A stretch of 40,833 nucleotides of DNA from NCBI RefSeq assembly GCF_001186125.1, contig NW_014040250.1, forward strand, positions 49,933 through 90,765, written 5' to 3'. Positions 1-24,500 of this stretch are shown here, piece after piece (position 1 is the first letter of the stretch; each line of letters begins with the position of its first letter). The notes beneath the pieces were generated by a model that had not been told where the DNA came from, ran no database searches, and saw only the letters and a list, made by a program, of their open reading frames with translations. The position numbers and the translations under genes were made by a program. The stretch is from Sphaeroforma arctica JP610. Lineage: Eukaryota.

Positions 1-913
1 CATATTGTAGTTGGGTTAAAAACTATACGCAAGTATTTTTTTTTGTACAGTTGTACTGATGTTCATTTATATATCCGTGATTCGAATGAGATATGAATGT
101 CATACATGTGTTAGTGTGATCCATCTTATCACATTTGTTGTATGTGAGTTGTTGAACGGGAAATGTTGATTATGTTTCTGGAAATTCTATTCGTATCTGA
201 GTGTTTCTTATGGATATTCTGTTAGATTGGATGTGGTATATGCAATAGGTATATCCGTACGTCCTCACGTACTCGATACATACATTTATTTTGGTGATTC
301 TGGCGTTCAAGTCTAATGAAATAATCACCTAATGTGATGTTTGGCTCTCAATTAGTGTATGAAAACGGACTTATGCGTGCTGTGTAGTCGTGTGATTGCA
401 TATGAGGTTGAAATATGCAAGTTGAAAACATTGTCCTTGAGATTACCATAAAATTATACTTTTTGAGAATACCAAAATCTTGGGGCCTGTATGTGGCTTG
501 TCATATCAGATACTGTACGCTACCAATACACACATAGTCTCATATGCAGAATGCTATCATGATTGTAGAAAATGTCTACGAGTTGGGAACACATCGTGAA
601 TGCTATGACACATTTTTATTTGTACTCGGTTAGGCTGGTATGCGCGCTGTTGTACTGATAACTGCTGCACAAGTTCAGACTTGTTTTATATCTTCATGCC
701 TAAGTTTTCTTCCTTGATAAAAAAATATGACTTTCTCACGCAGTAGTATCTGTGATTATCATTGCAGGCGTATGTTTTTATATTGTATTCACTTCCCAAT
801 ATTTTCCTGTGGAGAAGATATTATCAGCTTGATGACTCGATCGCTAGTAATTTTTAATCTTGTGATCCTACTTTCAGTAAGTATATATGAATAGACATCA
901 TAATCGTTTACAG

Positions 914-968
914 TGATATCGGCTCTCTCTCTCTAAAAAGCGAGCTCTCTCTCTAAAAAGCGATATCA
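914..968. repeat. Short duplicated motif (GCTCTCTCTCTAAAAAGCGA x2) bracketed by the inverted 8-mer TGATATCG/CGATATCA
   Basis: Seen directly, ~400 bp upstream of the RECQ5 ATG. Confidence 0.7.
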
Positions 969-1334
969 TTTTTTTAAAGAGATCAAGAATTCCAAAGTCA
1001 CCCGTTTTGTAACTTTGCGCGATTTTTGGTTTGGAACAAGCCTATACATCAGTACAAAACAGTGCAATTGAAGGGTGACGGCATTTTAATATCCAAGCCT
1101 CATACTCGTTGAGCAGTATGTTGCAAGTTCTTGTCTATGGTGGATGATTTGCATCGTAAGTGAATATTTGAGTGACGTATGCATACTAAAATGGAGTGCA
1201 TACCAGTAACTCTGGATCAATAAACGTCAACAGGACCGTTTGACTTCAGCTTCAGCCATCGTTAATGTTCTGTCTCGGATGTCCTTTTGCACTCTATAGT
1301 TAGAATCACTATCGTACTCGCCGGTTGAGGGATC

Positions 1335-14047
<12,713 letters not shown>

Positions 14048-15551
14048 TGACGCTTGGTTCAGTACGTACTACGACTGGTCTGTACGATCACCCTGTAACC
14101 CGTACCAGAGTCATAGCCCGTGTACCGTCTGTGCACCCAATGAAGACCCGCCTATACCACTGGTATATCGTACGACGTGTATGCTCAGCCGATGAAAAGG
14201 CGCTGTGCGTAATCCAACGGGCCATAGAATGGTTTTGTGTGTGCTGCCGCAGATAAAGATCTGTTTTCTGATCCAAATAATAATAATGGTTGGAAAGGCG
14301 AACTATGCTTTTGCAGGAAGTTTTTAACTAGTTCTCGTGGAATACAAACACGGGACGACTCAAGCGTAGCAAGATACGTATATATGCAGACACAAATAGC
14401 CAATAACCAGATATGAAAAGATATGCATGGTTCTACATGACATGAGCGTTGTAGCCCCGTTTGCCCAGGGCACTTCAAGAGATATATTTGAGTTGGCCTG
14501 ACCATGATTTCAGGACCAAGGGACAAACGGACAAACGGACAAACGAAAGTCCGCGGCCGGATGAAAAAAATGGATACAGCCAATTGGGGGGATGCGCCAC
14601 CACTCCCTCTTACTACCATACTATAGAATAAACCTCATTACTATCACGTGATGGCTTCATGGTTTTGTGCTATGTGCCTGTCTCACTCTTAACTCAGAAT
14701 TCGCCAGTGCACCAACCCTCCACTCAGTATCGACCCCTCCATCAGCACGCGGAGATGGCGCAAACACCCAATACACCAGTATAGACGAATTCAGGACCGG
14801 TCCGATCTTTCTGGTCTTTAGTTCAAGGGCACATACAGCCGTATTTGACCAGCCAGAAGCTGAGAACACGACTGGACTATTGACGGGGCCTGTCGAATAT
14901 TCGTATCGAGAACCTCCCGAGGGCCAAACAATTGGTGGGATCGACCAGTAGAAGAGGCCCTAAACAAGTACCCGGTGGCCCATAGCATAGTCCTGCTTAT
15001 GTACTCTCCCAGATGTCGCTATGTACGAGTGGGAACAATCCACCTCGGCATTGCATCCGATGTCAACTCGTAATAGTATCCCGCGTAGTGTAGACTGAAG
15101 TCTTTGTCGTTGTATGGAAAGACCTGTACCCATTTGCATTCCAACCGTAATTTACGTCAGCGGGTTCTTCCGACGATTCAGTTCCCTCACCAGTGCTTGC
15201 AGCTGGTCGGTTAGCGATTGCGCAAACACAAGAGCTATGATATTGTACTGATGGTCGCTGAATTGCTACATGGGGAAATCGGACACCACCGGGAAATCTG
15301 TTTGGAATGAAGACCCGGCGCAAAAGCACAAGACCACAATTTAAATAAAATCAGGACATCATATCTCGCATAAATTGCGACCAAACCCAATCTTTTTCCA
15401 GTTAATTTTTAGGGTGGACTAGAATGTATTCCTAATTGTCTTTACGTATGATGGCGCTGGTGGAATTCTCACTATCGAGTACTCTTGGCAATGAACCCTG
15501 GCAGCGGGATGGCACTAATGCTCGTATGGACGGCGATGCAAAGGGCATGCT

Positions 15552-18500
15552 TTATTGACGCGCACATGTACGCATGGTATGACCCGGTTGTTTGCAAATG
15601 GAACAGCAGCGCTTGATTTTCCCACTGCTGCTTCTATCATTGGCATCGACCTTCCTCTTGTGCGTGCTCCCTCCCCAAGACGAAGTGCCTTTCTTTTGCG
15701 GACAGTTAGTGGCCCAGTGACCGGGCTACGGGTAGCGAAAATATGGAATTCGAAGATGGATATATAAGTGACAGGCAACCAGTACAATTGCTTATGGATT
15801 GGATTACACTGCACTGCCTCGACACACCTGGTAGAACTATTTATCCACTCCGCCGAAGGCAGAACTACGTTTCAAAGTATCCCATAGCGTCACTGGGCAC
15901 GGCAGTATCAAATACGTATTCTATCCGCTCGGTTCAAAACGTACGATTTCGCTAACTTGAAGTTGATATCTCATACCTGATTACAATTGAAGCACACCAA
16001 ACTCGCCCCACCGCCATTATTGCCATAGCCGTTGCTGCCACCATCCATTCCTGCCCCGGCCTCGGGATTAACCCATTCGAAGAAGCCGCATCCTCTACTC
16101 GGTCCAAAAGGGCATGTCCAGAACCTCTTCCCTTTATTTGGGCCTTCTTTCTGGACAGTTCGCTCCGCGGTACTCACGAAGCATTTGCATTCAGGGGCGG
16201 TAGATGAAGCAGCCGTATTGTAGTTACCTTGCATATTGCTGTTATCGTTAGCATACGTATTGCCGTACATCCCGTTGCCGGTGTGCTGACCACCTCCATG
16301 GCTCGAGTGGTACATTGAGCCGCTCCCGTTGTGGCTGTGATTCTCCTTGACTTTCCACTCGAAGAAATCGCACCTGGCCCCTTCCCCTTTCCCACACCCG
16401 AAAAACTTCTTGCCAACATTAGCACCTTCTTTAGACACTGTCCGCTCAGCCGCTGGATTGCCACAGTCACACCGCGGGTGACTGTCTAAGGTGCTTTGTA
16501 GCAGAGCTCCTCGGTTGCTGTGGTTGGAGTTTTGCGAATAGTTTCCAGACGTATTGTTGGTGTGTGAGCTACTGCCGTAGTTCCCACCCCCGTGCCCTAC
16601 ATTGCCATTCATACCGCCACCGTCTGTATCACTCCACAAGAAGTACGAACACTTGGTCGCCTGTGGTTTGGCGCAAACGTAAAATTTCCGTCCCAAATTC
16701 GGCCCCGGTTTCTGCGTTGTGCGCTGTGTCGAGGGTTCGCCACAGTCACAACTGGGATTGCTGTCGTTCGATTGAATATTTCCGTGATTGCCGTAACCAG
16801 CGGTGTTGGTATTGCTGTTAGTGTAGCTGCTGCTACTGTTGGTCTGGTAGTTGAATGATTGGTAGTTGATTGTGTGTGTTGTTGGCTGTTGGTGATTGTA
16901 GGTACTATATGTATTGAAAGTGATGTTAGGGCTTCTGCCCATGTTCCTGTCGTTGCTAATTTGAAGATCCGGTGCCTGTAGAGGATATTAGCAAAGAAGA
17001 GAGCCTACAATGAATAACTCGCTGAAGCTCTACCAAAATCCAATATGGATTCAAGTAAGAAATTGAATCGAACTCGTTATCGTTCCTAGTTTATGTACAG
17101 CCAGATACCTGTTCGACAATCTGAGAGCAATGGTTAGATCCCCATAGAGAGATGATCGATACGCAATGCCAATTTCACACTTAGAATGAATGCCATAGTA
17201 ACTCGATCATACAATGGAACACAAGCACGCGGCACTTACGTTTCCGCCGCCGGGTCGATTACTGCCACCACCTTGAAGTCCTTGGTCTGGACTTGGATCC
17301 AGGCATTCGAAAAACTTACATGTCTTAGTCAGGCATGTGTAGAAGACTCGTCCCTAGTAATGTACGCAACGGGACCAACTCAGTGTGAAAAAGAATACTT
17401 GCCCTGATAGAACCAATAGAAATGGGTTCGATTTTGATCTTTGAGTAAACTATGGAATATAATTTACCAATGCATGTATGTCACTTCGGAGGAGCCAGCT
17501 TGTGCATAAGACTACCAGAAATTGAGTTTGTTATTGTTGCGGAAGATTTTCCTAAAGTATACCATGCACCAATTTTTCAACTTTCACACCAAAACACATA
17601 CGCATGTTTACATTTGATAGCACCGCACATGCCGGCGCCCAAGAGAGAAGAACGCTTCGCCGGAAAGAATACAGGGCAACTTGTGCAAAGGGCTGTCATT
17701 AATTGCGATAGTTATAGTATCAAACAGTCTCTTACTCGATAGTATTGTTTCGAACAAGGACCCCATTCACTATCTTCTGCTCACAAAACAAAACACAACA
17801 AAAAATGTAACCGTAGATAAACACACCTCACTCTTCGTTTTCAGCCGAACACTTGGTATGTTACAATCGCAATTCGGGGCGTCTGGTGTGATATCGTCCA
17901 TCCATGCAAAGATGTCGCATCTATGATAGTATTTTCCCACATTTACCACATGTTAGTCTCAGTGCTTCGGGTGACAAAAAAACCAACCTCCAAGGACAAA
18001 AGAACCATACTCCAAGCAAGCCAAAAGATATCTCAAATACATCAGACATTGCGGTGCAAGCGCAATCAATCAACTACGGCTAAGAATCCGAATCCGAATC
18101 AATTGAAATATGCTGAAATCGACTCAGACAAGCAATATCAAAGCTGTTACTCGCCCTCAGATACGGTATGATGCACATGTGGCCATATAAATAGTATTAT
18201 AAGCGTTGCAAGGATCGTCAATCCAGATCTTCTATCGACATCATACAATACCACATACTTGTTATCGGGTGGCCCTGCACAGCAGTAGAATTGCCGACCC
18301 GTGTTTGGTCCTTCTCTGGTGGTCGTCCGCACAATGCATTCACGATCACACGAGCACAAGGGGATGGCCGGTGCTGCCTCCTGATTCTGCATGGATCATA
18401 GTGTTATCAAGCAAAATGAATAGTCCCGAACAACTGCGATTTCCGTATTGAATCCCTGTGTATGCAACGCGACATGAAGTGCCACAGGTCTGCATATCTG

Positions 18501-21500
18501 AACACCCGACAACACAATACAACGGGCGAGTGATGTCTCGTGCTTTAACCACGCACAACGAGGATCATACAAACTTACCGGCGTGTGAGTTCGGTAGTTA
18601 TGTCCAGAGTTCGAAGCACCAGCGTTGTTTTCATGGCTGCTATATGCAGGTCCCACATGTTCGCTATAGCTAGGCATCATGCGAGCGTTGCTATGGCCGG
18701 TAAACGAAACCTCCACACCGTCAAGAGCCTCGTTGAATAGGTCGTCTTCATCAGAGAAATCCGGAGCCTGCGCAGTCAATAAAGCGATGCTGAAATTAGG
18801 TTTTCAGCTGTATACACAAAAGAGCTCGGAGAAACGTACACCTATGGAGAACCATGCATTTGTACTTACGGGTGCACGTTTCTGTCAAGCCGATAATAAT
18901 CAAATTTTCCTGTTGCTAAAATCACAATCCAGCAGCAATATAGTGGTGTACCATACCATTGCTAGAACTGGATTCAATTGACAGGTATAGTACCTGCACC
19001 GGATCCATAATAATTTCTCTCCTGCTCTGCCGAAAAGAGAACAAAGCTGGAATGCGCCCGCCCACCAATTGTCCTCGGTGATATATAGGACGAAAAACAA
19101 AGTACACCAAGTATAGCAAAATTTGACACGGGCCAGCAATAGAAACACGTTATCTGATAAATCCCCCGTCTTCGAATGGAGAGTGACAGCTGACACGTAC
19201 CTTGTACGCTGAGGGGTTGTTAGCTGCCGTGTTGACCGCTGCCGTGTTGTTGACTGGGGGGTTATTTGTTGGGGCGATGCTGTCGAACAGCTCGTTGAGT
19301 GCGGCGTCGTCGTCGTCGTCGTCAGACGAGAGCAAATTTATGGTCTCGACAACACGTTTCGTGCCATTGGCTGCTTTGTTCTTAAAGTCAGTCGAAGTAC
19401 TCAAGCTACTGTTTGTCCTGGCGTTCATATTTGTGCTAGTTCGAGTGCTTGCGTCTCTAGCGGTGTTTGAGTTGGTAGTCCTATGTGATTGTGCGGCATT
19501 TCGCCACTGGTCTAAATTGGTCTGTCTGAGTGGCACAGCAGCGCAAGTCGAAGGTGTACTAGAATCACTAGCCTCCGTTTTCCTATCCGTATGGATAAGT
19601 GATAATTTGGCGTGTCGGCTAGGTTTCCTCGCACCACCTAGTCCTGATTTAACTGCATCAGACCCGGATTTTTCATCTGTATTCGTCTCTGTACCTCTAT
19701 TCGCATTGGCATTCGGCGCTACTCCGATTCCTTCTGCGTATTTACTGAGACTTAATTTACTTTGCCCGACCTTACCCTCTATCCATGCCCCTGGAACGTT
19801 GTTGCTCGTGCCTATCCTCGCGCCTACTTCAGTCCCGTTACCGTTACCCCGTGTTGTGCTTGGATGGGATTCTTGATTATTTCGGGCATTCTGGTTATTC
19901 TGCTGGTTCGTATAATGGTTCCGGTTGAAGTGTGCACTAGTATTCTGGTGCGTATTGGCTGAAGCCACATGACTCCCTCGACTGACACCGCTTGAGCCTC
20001 TCCCGCCTCCTGCAGAAAGATAGAAACAATACCTAAGAACCTGGCACGAACATATGTAGTTAGGTTAAACTATTAATTTTGAAGACGTGCTGTAAATTAT
20101 GACCCTGCTAAAATAAAACTACAGGTATGGCTGTTCAAACAGGACACTAGTGAGTTTGGCAATGGTTAGAAAGTATGAAGCATGCATTGAAAGGTAGTAT
20201 ATATATGTAGGTGCGTTGGTGCAAAGAAACATTGAAATCTCAGTAAATGAGACTAATCAATCAACCATAGGCTGATAGTCTAGAGCCTCTAAAGGTTGAA
20301 TTTTCTGAAACGTGTGCCCTTTTAGACGACACCCGCATACAATTATTTTATATGCGCACATAAACAAGGTTTTGTGTATGCTAGCTCGATGCACGCCGGT
20401 CAGTCCAATATATCAGAATCAAAATGTGCGTACTACTATGTAAATGTGTGTGTGACAGTACATGTGTATATATATTTGTATGTATATATCTAACTATACA
20501 TATGTAAGTACATTCATACATGTATATATATTGAAAAACATCCTGAAACATACCGCGTCCAGGACCTGGGCCGGGGCCAGGAGGGGGTCCGGATCCGCCT
20601 CGCCCACTGCCCACCGAGCTAGCACCTCGACCACGACCAGCGCCACCTGAGAATTGGTACAACAACAGATAATAGGGAAGCTTAACCTTTATTTCGAGGG
20701 TGGAGAGTGAGGTAGTTTCTATTTCAGTTTGAGACAAAGAATTGGGGTAGATAGTTGACATGCAAAGGACGAGGATAGATATTATGCGTACGCTGGCACG
20801 CGCATACGACCGACGCATAGGTGATATTGAGATTCCTCGTGATGATGTAAGTCGAAACAAGTGCCTTATACAGTTTGGGGTGTACTCGTGCTGGACGATA
20901 TTTGGACTGCGATGCATGTGTGCCCTTCGGTATATTCGACATACTGGATTTCTGATTTATCGACAACACGACACAGAAACGCAGTACTAAAAGATACAGC
21001 CCCAACTTCAGTAGTGAATGAGAATTTAGTACGAGCACAATTTTGGAGAACAAATTTGAGCGACACGTGAACGTATTCAAACAGTCCGATATCATCACAG
21101 TACGAGAGTTTGCACAATCACGCCTGTGAGGGTAGTCAACACTTACTATTCGCACTTCCTGGACCCCCGCCTCGACGTGTGCCTGGTAACGCCAAAAAAA
21201 TGGAAATATAACGCAATTATGAGCTATATGAAATTCAAATTGTGAGGGAAATACAATTGACATGAGTTCCTATTGTTATGTACGCTCCATGCCGTAATTG
21301 CAGACGCTATCTCTTGGAGAAAGACTCAATATGCAAGCGTATAGCCAGATCATTAAACCGTAGATAGAATACTCAAACGCAATCAATGCAGCATCACATA
21401 ACTACAATCATATTACCATTTTCTGATTTGATTAGGAACAAGAACGACCCCGCACTGCAAATAAACATACTGGGCAAGAATACACTGCTCAATGAAAAAC

Positions 21501-24500
21501 ATGTAAGATAACTATAAGCGCCCCGTCAAGATAGGACAACAACGCCATACTATTGAGAATAGACAGTCACCTGGAGGAGGAACGCCTGCTGGTCTACCGA
21601 CAGTTTCCGATTGAAGTGCCTCGTCTAGTCTGTAGTCGCAGAATACACACCCCCTGTATTCCGGTCCCAGCCTAGGATCCATCTATACATAGGAACATAC
21701 TACGATTAGCTCAAGTGGCATTTGCGCTACTGTACGACACGTTAACGATGACCATAGCGATTGAATTGCGCGTTTCGATACTTCAAATGAGTCACGATCT
21801 CGTGATGACTTCGAATGTATCTAGTCCCGCGCAGGCTAAACATAAGTTGGCTAGATATATGGTACTGATCCATCGTCAACTTTGATGTGTATTTAAACAC
21901 TGATGAAGATTACAGGACATACCTCTCTGGCGAGGAACTTAACTTCGATCTGCTTCACTTCCCCGTGAGTTTCAGATGAACAATTGTTACATATTTGATT
22001 GGCAACGGTGATATTCGAAGCGACCTTCCCGAACCAAATCGTGTACTTGCAAGTGGGGTATCCCATACATGTGATGCGATATTTGTCGCTTTTCCCCTTA
22101 CGCAGTGTCATTTGGGATCCACATCCTTGGCAGGTCCTCACCAGGGTGTCGGTTGGTAGACCTGTACAAACATGAGAACATATAGGGTTGAGTCGGCAAT
22201 TAAGACAAAAGTAGTAAAAATCACTTCATTATCTGACAAGCTCAGCTAAACTTCATCGAGCATAGTATTTGATGTCGCGAAGTTTGCTTGATGCCGCTCG
22301 TATTTATTTTTTGTCGCTGACTTCAGTTTGTGCTATGGCAGCAACACGTATTGAATGGCATCGGTTGCCTGTGTTCTTGACTCTATAGCCAACGATACTT
22401 ATCGGCAACACGTTGCTTCGGAATTCATACAAGATTTAACGCACATTGTCTTCGCAGAAAAGAGGTAAACGGTTGACATACCGTTATCGTCGCCTGCCGT
22501 GGGTCCAGGTGCTGGTTCGGTTTCGAAGAACTTTGAGACTGCATCTATAAACAGTTGCGTTTGTGTGTAGGCGGAAACAAAGATGTCCTTGTACTTGCCA
22601 GAATATTCGTTGCAGATATCAGCTTTCGTCTTGCGTGCCTGGCAGATATCCACCAAGGCGCGCTGTGGTTCAAGCATAAACAGTGTCCACAGATGATTTA
22701 TTTAGTCCGTGATTTTCGCAGTGACCCCTTGGATACGATTGCTGGTCAATTTCCAATTAAAGGCCTCCAATTGAAGCAAAAGTGTCCCTCCCATCGTAGC
22801 CAGCATCAGAATAATTATATACCTTTACTACTTTATCCCACCTCTATTGCGATCATGCAGGGGTACACTCCGATAACGGATTTACTGTACATAACTGTTG
22901 TAGGGTGAATAATACATACCTCCATTTCGGCCCGCAGATGTGGTTTGGTCAACTGGAATCCCATCCGCGCATATGCTTCTTCGAGAGCCATGCCCAGGGA
23001 AGACGGGTAGAACAATCGATCGTCACCTTAATATTTAGTTCACAATATATCAGGTCAGCTCCTAGTTGCCAAGCCAAGTTCAAGCTCTGGCGGCTAAACT
23101 CGCAGAAAACATTGACTGCAATGGTGTTCAAATGATTGCTGCACGCGCCCAGTGGTATCCAGAGTGTATTTGAACAGGTATGCTAGGTTAAGTCGTAGGT
23201 GCCGACAACCAAGACAAGTTTAGGCCTCGTGGCACAAACCGCAGGACGCGATCCTGAGAAGACCAAAATCCACATAACTATTCAAGTTGTGCAATAACGG
23301 ATGCTCAATTTGGGAGCAACAACCTGAAATGTGTACATTCAGTTTGGCAGTGCGCCACAATCTATATGCGCGATAGCAGCCTGTATAGAAAGTAGTGCAT
23401 CTATATTTCGACGTAAATTCGAAAGTACTTTTGTAAATATCAGTAGGCATATATTGGCGAATGAACTGCGTTAAACAGTCACAAAAGTTTCTAAAGTTAT
23501 GACCTTGCTGCCTTAACTCCTAGACTAAAACAAACACTTACGACTAATCTAAATCCAAAAACAGACAGACACGATTTACCTTGTAGTGCGTACTGTCGTC
23601 GTAAGATATTCGCTATGTGTTCTGGCATGGTAGCGTCGGTACCGATACCATTCTCATCCATGAGTGTGATCAGCTCTGCTTCGCTCAGCATCTTCGGTGC
23701 CTCTGTGGCACCTTCCACAATATCCAAGAAGCTGGGGGTGAATTGCTGCCCTGGAAAGAACCCGAACTAGAATTATTACTAGTTAGCAATTGGCTAGAAA
23801 TGAAGTGCATATGATACCGCTACCATCGGCTTAGCACGCTGACAGCCAGTTTGTCGCGGTCTATCAAGTGGCAGATATTTGGAAGAGGCGACCACAGGTC
23901 CATGCCGTAACCTATGACTAGAGTGAGGAACACTTTAATTCTGCGAGCTGTTGTCTCTTCAGTTTTGCATCTCGTATGCATGACACTAACAAAGCAGTAT
24001 AGTTAGCTACCTTCTTGATTGAATACGCATTATAGTCAGAGACTGAACTGCAGATCTTTATATGAAATCCCCTACCTCAAAAAGAAGTTCAATTTTTGCG
24101 CCCTTGATGCGACTACGTCTCGGATACATACATTATGCCCAAGTAAGATTGAACGCCTCACAACTACCGCAGCTATAGATCGCTGGCGAGGAGACAAAAC
24201 TCACCTTCCTCAAAGTGCGGGATAGTCTTTGCATTCCATTTTTCATATGGATACACTAGGTACCAGTTGAGTGCATGTATAACGAGTCCCTTGCATGTGA
24301 ACTTCTCATTGCCCATCGCGGCCGTTACAGTTGTCTCGAACCCGAGCGCCATCTGCGAGCAGACTGCCAGGAAGTGTCGGGTGATGAGCTCGAAGATCAG
24401 CGCTTCCTGTGGGATTCGACAAGTGAGCGCTTTGTAATTCACAGATACGCGTGGATAAATATCCTAAACTGACAGTTGGTATCACCTGGCAAGAACTAAA

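Noticed and set aside
15971..16942. 323-aa GRF-finger ORF as a standalone gene
   Set aside because: It is flanked by a good acceptor (exon start 16975) and donor (exon end 15977), and it splices in frame into the TOP3A chain and the terminal knuckle exon.
19202..19876. 224-aa hydrophobic plus-strand ORF resembling a membrane protein
   Set aside because: It is the antisense shadow of the N/T/S-rich TOP3A exon.
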